A DNA stretch of 50,839 nucleotides, taken from NCBI RefSeq assembly GCF_001194135.2, contig NC_069008.1, positions 4,342,147-4,392,985 of the forward strand. The letters run 5' to 3'. Numbering within the stretch: the first letter of the stretch is position 1; the number at the start of each line of letters is the position of its first letter. Position numbers and translations under genes: made by a program. The stretch is from Octopus bimaculoides (taxonomy: Eukaryota). The notes under the pieces are model-generated. The model saw nothing but the letters and a program-made list of their open reading frames with translations, had not been told where the DNA came from and made no database searches. This document shows, piece by piece, positions 10,440 through 22,691 of this stretch.

Positions 10440-11745
10440 TGACACATAATAGTCCGGAGGTTTTCGTCTCGATCTTCTTGGATGTTGACGACTGTATTGT
10501 GGAGTTTATGTCACTAAGTGGTAATGATGAGATAGCAGGTTCTTCTTCAGGAGCAGACTCGTCAATAACTTGAGGTTCTGAATCATGGAAAGAAGGCATA
10601 TCTCCTAGCTCTTGGTCATCTTCCGAAGAATATCGAGGTTGCAATTGTTCTAGATGACATCTCCAAATGGGACCTCTAGGTACAACTTGAACACGAAACA
10701 TTCGTGTTTCTTGTTTCTTCACAACTATAGCTGGAACCCAACGTGCATCTTGGTTTCTCGTTGGTCCAAAATACATACTGGATGTTTTAAGTACATCTCT
10801 CTCAGTCGTCCTTTTCAATTTGGATTGGGCCAAATGAGCTGGAGATGGAAGCAAGACATCAATCATCATCATCATCATCGTCGTCGTTTAACGTCTGCTT
10901 TCCATGCTGGCATGGGTTGGACGATTTGACTGAGGACTGGTGGACCAGATGGTTACACCAGGTTCCAATCTGATTTGGCAGAGTTTCTACAGCTGGATGC
11001 CCTTCCTAACGCCAACCACTCAGAGTGTAGAGGGTGCTTTTACGTGCCACCGGCACGAAGGCCTGGCAACGGTCACGCTCAAAATGGTGTATTTTATGTG
11101 CCACCCGCACAAGAGCCAGTCCAGGAGCACTGGCAACGATCTCGCTTGAAAATCTTGGTGCATAATTGACAGCTGTTGAGTAATTCACTTGGCGAGTAGC
11201 CACTAGTGGTAGGTGTTCTCCTGAACTGCATCAAGAATTCCAGCAAAGCTGCTTTAGGTGTTTTGGAAGACTTTTGTTACGCTTGCTTGAAAGTTTGAAC
11301 CCAGCGCTCAGCAGCTCTGTTCGTTGAAGGGTGACAGGGAGCTCCTGTTAGATGAACAATGCTTCTCTCCTTCCAGTAGTTTTGAAATTCTTCAGAAGTA
11401 AGCAGGTGGCATTGTCAGACACGATGGTATGTGGATAGTCAAAGTGTGCAAAATCTTCCTCTAACAAATCCATTGTAGTCTTACTGGAAACGAAAGTAGT
11501 GGCATGGATACAAGGGTATTTAGTGTAAGCATCAGTGACTACTAACCAATTATGCTCCATGAAGTTGATGGCATGATTTACATGCAAACGAGACCAAGGC
11601 TTTTCGGGCATCGTCCATGGATGTATTGCTGGTTTAGGTGATGCCTTTCTGTGTTCACAGCAAGAAGTGCAGCGGCAGCAAAGATCCATGGTTTCCGCAT
11701 CAATGTGTGGCCAGTGTACTGCCATCCGCGCTAATTGGTAAGTAA
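10440..11745 (-). mobile_element. Gypsy-type LTR retrotransposon integrase pseudogene, interrupted by an RTE insertion
   Basis: QLARMAVHWPHID, C..CCEH, PW..PEKPWSRLHV, TIVSDNA, HPSTNRAAER..QTFK, SPSELL and W.PA.VV motifs. Frameshift after DNATC, an in-frame TAA, and the first catalytic D replaced by N. Confidence 0.9.
10865..11150 (-). mobile_element. 5'-truncated RTE-type LINE 3' end inserted into the Gypsy integrase
   Basis: Same family as 38797-39165, with a (GAT)n tail. AATC flanks both sides (10861-10864 and 11151-11154) as a probable TSD. Confidence 0.8.
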
Positions 11746-11905
11746 TGCTGATTAAATCAAACAGACTATCTCATCCTCATCACCAAAACAACTGTGATGT
11801 TTTAATACAGAATTATTAACTTGGATTACATTACTCGAATGCAAACTAACAATGGAGTCAATATGTGAACAAATACATACATTATATATATATATATAGA
11901 CACAT

Positions 11906-11941
<36 letters not shown>

Positions 11942-13182
11942 TCTGGTATTTGAGTACTCTTTTTTCCACCTTGTTGCACATTTTATGTGCTTACTCCGGT
12001 ATATATATATATATATNNNNNNNNNNNNNNNNNNNNNNNNNNNNNNNNNNNNNNNNNNNNNNNNNNNNNNNNNNNNNNNNNNNNNNNNNNNNNNNNNNNN
12101 NNNNNNNNNNNNNNNNNNNNNNNNNNNNNNNNNNNNNNNNNNNNNNNNNNNNNNNNNNNNNNNNNNNNNNNNNNNNNNNNNNNNNNNNNNNNNNNNNNNN
12201 NNNNNNNNNNNNNNNNNNNNNNNNNNNNNNNNNNNNNNNNNNNNNNNNNNNNNNNNNNNNNNNNNNNNNNNNNNNNNNNNNNNNNNNNNNNNNNNNNNNN
12301 NNNNNNNNNNNNNNNNNNNNNNNNNNNNNNNNNNNNNNNNNNNNNNNNNNNNNNNNNNNNNNNNNNNNNNNNNNNNNNNNNNNNNNNNNNNNNNNNNNNN
12401 NNNNNNNNNNNNNNNNNNNNNNNNNNNNNNNNNNNNNNNNNNNNNNNNNNNNNNNNNNNNNNNNNNNNNNNNNNNNNNNNNNNNNNNNNNNNNNNNNNNN
12501 NNNNNNNNNNNNNNNNNNNNNNNNNNNNNNNNNNNNNNNNNNNNNNNNNNNNNNNNNNNNNNNNNNNNNNNNNNNNNNNNNNNNNNNNNNNNNNNNNNNN
12601 NNNNNNNNNNNNNNNNNNNNNNNNNNNNNNNNNNNNNNNNNNNNNNNNNNNNNNNNNNNNNNNNNNNNNNNNNNNNNNNNNNNNNNNNNNNNNNNNNNNN
12701 NNNNNNNNNNNNNNNNNNNNNNNNNNNNNNNNNNNNNNNNNNNNNNNNNNNNNNNNNNNNNNNNNNNNNNNNNNNNNNNNNNNNNNNNNNNNNNNNNNNN
12801 NNNNNNNNNNNNNNNNNNNNNNNNNNNNNNNNNNNNNNNNNNNNNNNNNNNNNNNNNNNNNNNNNNNNNNNNNNNNNNNNNNNNNNNNNNNNNNNNNNNN
12901 NNNNNNNNNNNNNNNNNNNNNNNNNNAAATTAACAATTAAAAGCACAATAAATGAGTATAATATAAAACAAAGTAAATATCATAAGATAAAGATAACTTG
13001 GTTATTTTCCCTAAAACTATATATTTTATATATATTTTATCTATAAAGCTCAATTTAATTTTAATTTTTTATAAATTGATTTTAATTTAGTTTTTACCTG
13101 TAATTTTGGATTTTGTCCCTAATATTATTATATATATATATATATAAAACTGATAAGAGTAGATATTAAACTTTGATCATAG

Positions 13183-13218
<36 letters not shown>

Positions 13219-14000
13219 AGCTTTTTTCAATTTTCAACTACCATATACACAAGATTTTGATTGGCCTGAGGTTATAATTGAAGACACTTGTCCCAGGTAC
13301 CGTGCGGTGGGACTGAATCTAGAACCATGTGGTTGGGAAGCAAACTTCTTACCACGCAGCCACACCTATGCCTATATAATCATATGCACATGTATACGCA
13401 CACACGCATGTACACACGCATGTACACACGCATGTACACACGCATAAGGTAATGTGTTGGCAGAACCATTAGCACGCTGGACCAAATGCCTAACAGCATT
13501 TCATCTGTCATCACATTCCGAGTTCAAATTCCACTGAGGTCATCTTTACCTTTTGTCATTTTGGGGTCGGTAAAATAAGTGCCAGTTAAACACTGGAGTC
13601 AATTTAATCAATGTAGGCCCTCCCTTGGGCCTGCTGGCCTTGTGCCAAAATCTGAAACAAATTCACACACAATTATATATATATATATATATATGGATGT
13701 GTTTGTATATATACACATATATATATGGNNNNNNNNNNNNNNNNNNNNNNNNNNNNNNNNNNNNNNNNNNNNNNNNNNNNNNNNNNNNNNNNNNNNNNNN
13801 NNNNNNNNNNNNNNNNNNNNNNNNNNNNNNNNNNNNNNNNNNNNNNNNNNNNNNNNNNNNNNNNNNNNNNNNNNNNNNNNNNNNNNNNNNNNNNNNNNNN
13901 NNNNNNNNNNNNNNNNNNNNNNNNNNNNNNNNNNNNNNNNNNNNNNNNNNNNNNNNNNNNNNNNNNNNNNNNNNNNNNNNNNNNNNNNNNNNNNNNNNNN

Positions 14001-14043
<43 letters not shown>

Positions 14044-14556
14044 TGCACACTCACACACACACACCAATTATATCCATCTATATATTTGTGTGTGGATATA
14101 TGTGCGTGCAATAGTAGGGTGTGATTTAAGGGGGATTTGGCTGATATTTCTAACACACACAAGTGTGTGTGTGTGTGTGTCTACATGTGTGGATGTATCA
14201 TTAACCTCTTCGTTACTATAACAGTATTAATTATATATCTTTGTTGACCCTGTACGAAAAAAACATGAATCTGACCCATATTCGAATACTGTTCAGATAT
14301 CTGGGCCGGTTGTTTCTGCAATACATATACAACAAATATCCTAGACCATATCCTGAAATAAGGTCATCCAGCTTATTGACAAATACTTGCTTACCATTTC
14401 GCTCAAAATATTATCTGGGACGGTGCAGCTGTTACACACACACTCACACACGGACACTCACACACAAGTATATACACAATCATCTAAGACAGCATCCAAA
14501 AGAAGGTCATTTGGCTTATTGACAAAGACTCACATATCCACATACTATAAACTAAG

Positions 14557-15326
14557 GAGGCCTCTACATGGTAGATAGAACTGGTAGAAATAGCAGCCAG
14601 ATCTCCCTCGAATCACACCCTTCTGTCTTATGTATGTATGTATGTATGTGCGTTGTATGATCCAATGATGGAAATCTTTACTTGGTAGAAATAGCAGCCA
14701 AATATCCCTCTAATCACGTTTTCTATTTATGCATGTATGAGTCAATGAGGCAGACCTATACATGGTTGCAAGATCTGGTAGAAACAGCAGCCAAATGTCA
14801 TTAAATCACACCTCCTGTCTTATGCATGTATGTACGCTGTATGAGCCAATGAAGGAAATCTTTACTTGGTAGAAATAGCAGTCAAATATCCCTCAAATTA
14901 CACTTTCTATTTGTGTATGTATGCGTGTATGAGTCAATGTTGGAGACCTATACATGGTAGCAAGAGCAGGTAGAAACAGCAGCCAAATGTCCTTAAATCA
15001 CACCTCCTGCCTTATGCATGTATAGACATATGTATGAGCAATGTCAGAGTCCTTTATGTTGTAGCTACACCTGTTAGAAATAGCAGCCAAATCTCCCTCA
15101 AATCACATCCTTTTGCCTTATGTATCATATACATGTGTATGAGCCAATGCTGGAAACCTTTATGCGGTAGCTTGACCTGTTAGAAATAGCAGCCAAACTT
15201 GTCTCAGCTCACATCCAATTACATATATACGCATATATATGAGCCAGTGGGGGAAACATTCACGTGATAGCTAGACCTGTTAGAAATAGCAGTAAAATTT
15301 TTCTGAAATCACACTCTTCTGTCTTG
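14557..15326. repeat. Tandem array of eight units of about 100 bp
   Basis: Anchor tagaaa(t/c)agcagcca at 14585, 14686, 14779, 14870, 14971, 15075, 15181 and 15281. Confidence 0.9.
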
Positions 15327-15720
15327 TGTTGTTGTTGTTGTTGTTGTTGGCACTCCGTTGCTTACGACGTCGAGGGTTCCAGTTGATCCGATCAACGAAA
15401 CAGCCTGCTCGTGAAATTAACGTGCAAGTGGCTGAGCACTCCAGAGACGCGTGTACCCTTAACGTAGTTCTCGGGGATATTCAGTGTGACAAGGCTGACC
15501 CTTTGAATTACAGGTACAACAGAAACAGGAAGTAAGAGTGAGAGAAAGTTGTGGTGGAAGAGTACAGCAGGGTTCGCTACCATCCCCCTGCCGGAGCCTC
15601 GTGGAGCTTTTTAGGTGTTTTTCGCTCAATAAACACTCACAACGCCCGGTTTGGGAATCGAAACCGCGATCCTATGACCGCGAGTCCGCTGCCCTAACCA
15701 CTGGGCCATTGCGTCTCCAC
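15326..15720 (-). mobile_element. tRNA-derived SINE, near full length, (CAA)n tail
   Basis: Head TGGCCCAGTGGTTAG (A box) and GGTTTCGATTCC (B box) on the - strand. Homologous partial copies at 16788-17093 and 3345-3520. Confidence 0.85.
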
Positions 15721-15739
15721 TTCATATATTATCACTATA

Positions 15740-16400
15740 TAACAATTGGGAGGGGAGATTTGTGATTTCGTGTGTGTCTGCTCTTCTTTTTTTTCTTTTT
15801 CTTTTTTGTCGGCAGAGAATGGGTGGGTTTGGCGTCTGCAGGGGTAGGGTTGGGCTGAGAGGGTATGGGTGCAGTGGGTGCAGGTTGGGGGGTTCTTGTT
15901 CATCGTGACTCATTTTCTTTCTCTTTCTCTGTCTTACCACCTTCCGTGTTTCTTCCTCCTCCTTCTCTGCTGTTTCTTCCATTTTTTTTCCAGTTCCTTT
16001 CGGTCTTCCTCCTGGCTTTCTTTGTTTTTCTCAGGGCCACATTTGAAGCAGCGAGGGATTCCACCCTCCACCCATACTCTCAATACTGCTTCACCTGTAG
16101 TTACAGTCTCTGCCACCTTTTCTAAATATTCTGTTGTGCTCTGAATTATAACTTCAAGTGTCTTACCTTTCCAGTTCGTGGCCTCTGTCTCTGTGGGCTG
16201 GATAACGGTCACTTCGTCTTCGCTTCCCAGAAGCACTGCCGCCGCCACCCGAGCCACGTCTACTTCCGGGGGAATTCCCTCCACCCTGACCCTGGAAGTC
16301 CTCCTTCCCAGATACATTTGTCTGTCTTCAAAGGTGTCACCGAGTGTTCTTTTGCTTTGTCTGCACTTCTGAAGTGGACGTTTACTGTACCAAATCAGAA
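15740..16400 (-). mobile_element. Probable LINE ORF1 (gag-like) relic
   Basis: RVRVEGIPPEV ... LRVWVEGGIPRCFKCG is an RRM-like segment followed by the start of a CCHC knuckle, then a K/E/R-rich tract. Flanked by SINEs. Confidence 0.5.
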
Positions 16401-16787
16401 TTTTGTGTGTCTGTGTTTGTCCCCCAACCATTGCTTGACAACTGATGTTGGTGTGTTTATGTCCCCGTAACCTAGCGGTTCGGCAAAATAGACCGATAGA
16501 ATGAGTACTAGACTTACAAAGAATAAATCCTGGGGTCGATTTGCTCGACTTAAAGGCAGTGCTACAGCATGACCGCAGGCAAATGAATGAAACAAGTAAA
16601 AGAGTAAAGGAGTAAATGAATAGTAATCCAAGAGATTACAAATGGGGGGAATTAGGAAGCCAGAAAATGGCGTTTGGCAAAGTTGTAGAAATTCTCTGAT
16701 AACCATTTCTGACTCTTTCCAATGGCATGGCAAAAAGCTGAATCCTGCCCCCAGCAGCAACCTTTTCCAGCTAAGGACTGGCTACGA

Positions 16788-17093
16788 TGCAAGTGGCTGA
16801 GCACTCCAGAGATGCGTGTACCCTTAACGTAGTTCTCGGGGATATTCAGCGTGACACAGTGTGACAAGGCTGACCCTTTGAATTACAGGCACAACAGAAA
16901 CAGGAAGTAAGAGCGAGAGAAAGTTGTGGTGGAAGAGTACAGCAGGGTTCGCCACCATCCCCTGCCGGAGCCTCGTGGAGCTTTTTAGGTGTTTTTCGCT
17001 CAATAAACACTCACAACGCCCCGTTTGGGAATCGAAACCGCGATCCTATGACTGCGAGTCCGCTGCCCTAACCACTGGGCCATTGCGTCTCCA
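16788..17093 (-). mobile_element. tRNA-derived SINE, 3'-truncated copy
   Basis: Near-identical to 15425-15720. Confidence 0.85.
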
Positions 17094-17687
17094 GCAGATT
17101 CACACAGTTGTTTGAATTGAGCCGAAGGCCTTGTTCAACGTTGTGAGAGTGAACTCTGGTGAGTGGATGCAGTCAGAATGCTTGGCGTGTCCTCTCCAGC
17201 TTTGGAATCTCCGTTGCAGCTCTCTGTGTCGTGTTGTCTTGCAGCCCTTTGTTCACAGAGCATTGAGCAGCAGGCATGACGTGTGTGTAGAGAAACGGAC
17301 AGACAGACAGACAGGTAGATAGATAGATAACTTTCTTTTATTAGCCACACAGGGCTGCACACAGAGGGGACAAATACAACTGTAGAGCTTTTCTTTAAAA
17401 AAAAAAAAAAAAAAAANNNNNNNNNNNNNNNNNNNNNNNNNNNNNNNNNNNNNNNNNNNNNNNNNNNNNNNNNNNNNNNNNNNNNNNNNNNNNNNNNNNN
17501 NNNNNNNNNNNNNNNNNNNNNNNNNNNNAAAGGGATCGGTAGGGGCAAAAAAAAAGGGGGGGGGGTATCGTATATCACAGAAGATGTCAATTGTGTAAAA
17601 TGGGGTAACAGGTTTATCCATGGAGAGAAAAGCCTACGGAAAAGACCATGGTAACCTCAGCAGGGAATAGACACATGAGAGCGAAGT

Positions 17688-17730
<43 letters not shown>

Positions 17731-17779
17731 CTCGATTTATAGGATCATGCTCAAAGAGGTATCGTCACTCGCACGCACC

Positions 17780-18978
17780 ATCTTTGCTACATTCACCCAC
17801 CTGATAGAGAGAGAGATAGATAGATAGATAGATAGATAGATAGGGATAGATAGATAGACAGATAGGTAGATAGAAAGGTAGATAGATAGATAGAGAGATA
17901 GAGAGAGACAGACAGACAGAGAAAGAGAGGGAGATTAGAGTGGGGGGTTTTGATATTGAAAGTAAGAAAATGTGTGTGTGTGTGTGATAGGCTGCGAGAC
18001 GGAGAAAGCCGAGAGGCGGTAAGGAGGTCAGAGTAAAATGCAACAAGCAGAGAAAAGGTAGGACAGCATGAGAAGAAAAATAGAAAGGGATAAAGAAAGC
18101 GGGAGAGAGAAAGAAAAATTGGCAGAGAAGCTGAAGAACAGTGAGAGAGACGGAGGGGGAGTGTGATAGCATGAGAGAGTGATAGTGTGAGAGAGTGAGA
18201 CGGAGGGTGAGTAAGAGACAGAAAAAGGTCAGGGGAAGAGAAAGAAAAGAAGTAGAGAGAAACAGTAGAGATTGAAGAGAAAGAGAGATAGAGAGAGGGA
18301 ATTAAAGGAAAAAGAGACAAAGAGAGAGGGAAAATCGTGAGAGATTGAATAAGAGGGAAGAGGAGGGAGAATGAGACAGAAGAAGGGTTAAAGAGGGAGA
18401 AAGAGAGAGGGAGAGACTAAAGAATAGTTAAAGATAGAAAGGTGAATAGATAGAGTATGAGCGAGTAAGCGAGCGAGTAAGCGAGCGAGTAAGTGAGGGG
18501 GAAATGAGAAAGATAGAAGATTAGTGAGAGAGAAGTTCGGGAAGAAGATAAAGAGAAAGAATTGGGAGAGATTGGGGATTAGTTTGAGAGAGAGAAAGAG
18601 AGACTTAGAGAGAAAGGAGGGGCATAGAGTGAGTGAGTGAGTAGGTGAAAGATGGTTGTGCGTAAGGGAGAGAGAGAAAGACAAAGAGAAAGTAGAAAGT
18701 AAAAATATGAACGAGACTTGGGAATTATAGAGAGGGTTGGAGAGAGAAAGAGAGAGAATAAGGGAAATGAGTTAGAAAGAGAAAGAGGTTTATTGAGAGA
18801 CAAAGCAAAACGGAGAGAGAGAGAGAGAATTAATGAGAAAGAAAAAGAAGCAGCATAGAGTTATTATAGACAAACCGATAGATAGGTAGATAGATAGATA
18901 GATAGATATACTGAGATAGATAGATAGGTAGATAGATAGATAGATAGATAGATAGAATGATAGATAGAGAAAGAAAGT

Positions 18979-19015
<37 letters not shown>

Positions 19016-19780
19016 CGATAGATAGATAGATAGATACTGGAAGGTGGAAAGAATGAGAAAGAGAATGAACAATAAATAAGAAAGAGAGAAGTTAGTGATA
19101 GACAAAGGAAAATCAAGAGAGAGAATAAGAGAGAGTGTGTGTGTGAATAACTGAATGATGGGGGAAGTGAGTAAATGGGAGAAACAGGTCAGTGTAGAAA
19201 GAAAAGGTAAGAATATAGTTACAGAAAGACAAAGTGAAAGTGTAACGGAAAAGAAACGATGGAGTGGATAGAACAGTTACGTAGAGAGAGGGGAAGAGAG
19301 AAAGAGATTAGAAAGAGTGTGTGAGAGAAGGTAGAGGAAGGGGTGGTAGAGGGAGGAAGAAAAAGGGGAAAATGAGGGCAAATTGAGAAAGGAGGACATG
19401 AGGAGAAAACCGAGAGAAATGAGGGCAGACGAAGGGAAAGAGTTAGAAGCAGATGATGCAGGGAGAGTGAGAGAGATGATGGGAGAGAGAGAGGGGGGGA
19501 TAATAGATATTACATTGAGAGAGAGAGAGAAAAGGGAAAGAGAGAGAGAGAGAGAGGAAATGCGAAGGAAAATATGGGGAGAGGGAGAAGAGTGAGAGAG
19601 ATGATGGGTGAGAGGGAGAACAGAGAGAGAGAGAGAGGGAAGGGATAAATTGGAGGGAGAATATGGGGAGAGCGAGAGAAGGAGAAGAGTGAGAGAGTAA
19701 ATGGGAGAGAGGGATTACAGACGATATATTGAGAGAGAGAGAGATGGAAAAGGGGGGAGAGAGAGAGAGAGATGGAAAAG

Positions 19781-19823
<43 letters not shown>

Positions 19824-20179
19824 AACAGTGGTAAAGATTTTGGGAGAGAGAGGGAGTCTAGACGATATATTTAGAGAGAAAATGAGAGAGACTGGAGAAG
19901 AAGAAAAGAGGGGGAAAGTGGTGAGAGAGAGAGTGAGGAATGAAAGAGGGGGATACAGATGAACAAAGAAAAATATAGTGGGAAATAGGTTCACGTATAG
20001 ATGGATGGATAGATAGATAGGTAGGTAGATAGATAGATAGATAGATTGACAGTAAGACAGGTAAATAGAACGGTAGACACATAAACAGATGTGTGCGTGT
20101 GTGTCTTTGCGCGCGTACACACACACGTACGCGTTCATATAGGCAGCTAGACAAACAGATAGATAGATAGATAGATAGG

Positions 20180-20234
<55 letters not shown>

Positions 20235-20380
20235 GTAGGTAGATAGATAAACAGAAGCAGAGGGAAAGTGAGAGTGTCAGAGAGGGAGAGAGAAGAAAAA
20301 GAAAGGGGAAAGAGACGGAGAAAAAGTGACATAAAGAAAGATAAAGTGATATAGATACAGAGATCGATTGATAGACTGGA
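17780..20380. repeat. Long purine-rich (GA)n/(GATA)n low-complexity tract
   Basis: The + strand is almost entirely A/G with (AGAT)n blocks. Similar tracts occur at 26040-27080 (purine) and at 34580-36060 and 50400-50839 (pyrimidine). Confidence 0.9.
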
Positions 20381-21044
20381 AACAAGCTTGGTGTATATAT
20401 TAAATAAGAACAACCTAAATGCATATTATAAACATAGTTACACACACACACACACACACACCGACATAATGCACAAATGTATGTCATTATTGAGTTTATT
20501 TCAAGATTTCTTGCCAATAGAGAAAGAACCGGTTTCTAACCTAGATCCAAGTTTCCTTCATTCGGATTTCAACATCAACAACGGGGTATTTTTGTTTGCA
20601 TGTATGTATGTATGTATGTATGTATGTATGTATGTATGTATGTATGTATGTATATGCAGATTTGTATGTTTTATGTATGTATTCTCATGCAAATAGTTTC
20701 ATATCTAGACATGCTCACATATTAAAATGATAAACTTCTTGAAAGTTTTACAGATTTTTTTACAGTTCCAGTGATGGCTTGGATCTGTTGTCTTCGAATC
20801 AGTCTTCTCCTTTCTGGTTTTGAGAAGCTTAATTTCTCAAGATTGGTATTTAGGCATGTATGTTATCAATCAGTTTCATTTCTGTATTTCTTGTCCACAG
20901 AGAAAGAGCCGGACTCTAACATAGATTCAAGGCTCCTTCATTGGAACTTTTATCAACATCATCTAGGTATTTGTGCATGTATGTATGTATGTGTGTATGT
21001 GTGTGTGCAGTATTTAGTGTCAGCGTATGTGTAGATTTGTATGT

Positions 21045-21530
21045 ATGGATGGCGAACAAGGGTGTGGAGTGAAAGCATTTGAAGAGGCCAGGATGATGCA
21101 AGCAGGGCTCAAGAGATATTTAAGGAAAAAGGTGAAGACTGAGAAGGTGAATGACAAGGACCTTTTTGTGTGCACAGTCTGTGACAGACCATGTCTGTCC
21201 TTGGCTGGCCTCAAATCTCACCTGCGAACCCATGGAAAACAAACCTCATCCAGCTATTCTGATTATATGTCTGTGCACACGTTTGAATGTGGTGTGTGCC
21301 AGAGGGCTTGCAAATCCAATGGGGGTCTTAAAAGACATGTTAGGATCCACAATGAGCAGAACTTACTTGCAGGTATTGGTGGTGCAAATCAGAGGTGCAA
21401 TCTGTGTGGGTGTTTTTTCAAAACACTGTCTGGTTTAAAAAGCCACATCAGACGCCATGAAAGGGCTAAGGTGTAGGTGCAGGAGGTGGTCAAACTCTGT
21501 TTAAGGAGTAGACACCCACCACATATGTAC
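21045..21530 (+). mobile_element. 5'-truncated LINE-like 3' end encoding three C2H2 zinc fingers
   Basis: GVKAFEEAR...KR..RK then CTVC-x12-HLRTH, CGVC-x12-HVRIH and CNLC-x12-HIRRH with no TGEKP linkers. The finger pattern C..C.R.C.S..GL.SH.R.H is typical of RTE-type ORF ends. A short UTR and an (ACAT)n tail follow. Confidence 0.7.
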
Positions 21531-21589
21531 ATACATACACACATAAACATACATATACATACAGATATATATATATAGGTGCATATGTA

Positions 21590-21623
<34 letters not shown>

Positions 21624-21893
21624 GGCATGGCTGTGTGGTAAGAAGCTTGCTTCTCAACCACATGGCTTCAGGTTCAGTCCCACTGTGTGGCACATCAGGC
21701 AAGTGTCTTCTATTATAGCCTCAGGCCAACCAAAGCCTTGTGAGTGGATTTGGTAGACAAAAACTGAAATAAGCCTGTCATAAATATATGTGTATATTTG
21801 TGTGTTTGCATTTGTGTTTGGCCCCTCAACATCACTTGACATCTGCTGTTGGTGTGTTTACATCCCTTTAACTTAGTGGTTCAGTAAAAGAGA
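21624..21893 (+). mobile_element. Partial copy of the CORE-like SINE
   Basis: Homologous to 43328-43640. Confidence 0.75.
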
Positions 21894-21899
21894 CTTTTT

Positions 21900-22152
21900 G
21901 AGCAGGATGGGCTACTCGACCTGAAGAAAATTCTAACTGGGCCCCACCTGCGAGGTCATGCACTGTTTATCTTGACATGAGATCACCATGTCGCGCACAC
22001 ATGGTTGGGATGCATGTGCCTGGTGTACCCTTATCAGACGGGTAGTCATGATGGGTATACTGGGATTCGTATATTTTACCCCAGTGTCACTTTGATGGCA
22101 TGCACTGCTCTCTCACTCAATAACAATAATAATAATAACAACAATAATACTA
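21900..22152 (+). mobile_element. Probable retroelement 3' end with (AAT)n tail
   Basis: Unique body ending ctctcactcaataacaataataat. Family not identified. Confidence 0.45.
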
Positions 22153-22216
22153 AGGATTATTTCAAAGTAGCATAGCAATACCTTTAATTCCTTTTTTATA
22201 TATATACAGCTTCAAT

Positions 22217-22284
22217 AGACCTACACGTGTTTCAAATTGCATGTGCAATCCTACTGTCATACTGATGCATTTTCTTCAGGGTCT
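22217..22284 (-). ncRNA. Type I hammerhead ribozyme motif (family 3)
   Basis: Stem I AGACC/GGUCU; core CUGAAGA; stem II AAAUGC/GCA(A)UUU; GAAA; palindromic stem III ACAC/GUGU; GUA cleavage triplet. Confidence 0.62.
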
Positions 22285-22655
22285 TCACTTTGATTTTTCA
22301 TTTATCTACTCTGCACTGTATGATGTGGAGTTGTTCAATGATTGAGACGCAAACTATCTTCAATTCAAGTTTTGATTGGATAATCAATTATATTCAGTTA
22401 TTTCAAAACATTCTGTTGTCTAAATGTTTATCACTCACACTGAGCAAATGTAAACTTCCTCATATGCAAGCATTGTAAAGCTTGTTCCTGTCTACAATTT
22501 ATTATATTACCCTCAGATCTAAAAATGTGGTAAAATTCTTCTATACAAAGGTCACATTTGTTAGTTCCTGGTCTCTATATATATTGTAATTTATCATCAT
22601 GTTAAATCGTTCGTCCCCACACTTTTTTCTCTCTCCATTTTTTTCCCTTTCATCC

Positions 22656-22691
22656 CTTTCTGTGGAAGAGCTAAGACTTGAAACGTCAAAG
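22656..22691 (+). ncRNA. Second copy of the family 2 hammerhead-like motif
   Basis: CUUU-CUGUGGA-A-GAGC-uaag-ACUU-GAAA-CGU-C-AAAG. The downstream flank (to about 22750) is homologous to 6190-6250 on the - strand. Confidence 0.45.

Noticed and set aside
14557-15326. CRISPR-like appearance of a conserved core with variable intervals
   Set aside because: The intervals are homologous to each other, the context is eukaryotic and there are no cas genes.
21027-21476. Host C2H2 zinc-finger transcription factor gene
   Set aside because: No TGEKP linkers, the start lies in a microsatellite, and the motifs and tail are LINE-like. Kept as a mobile element.
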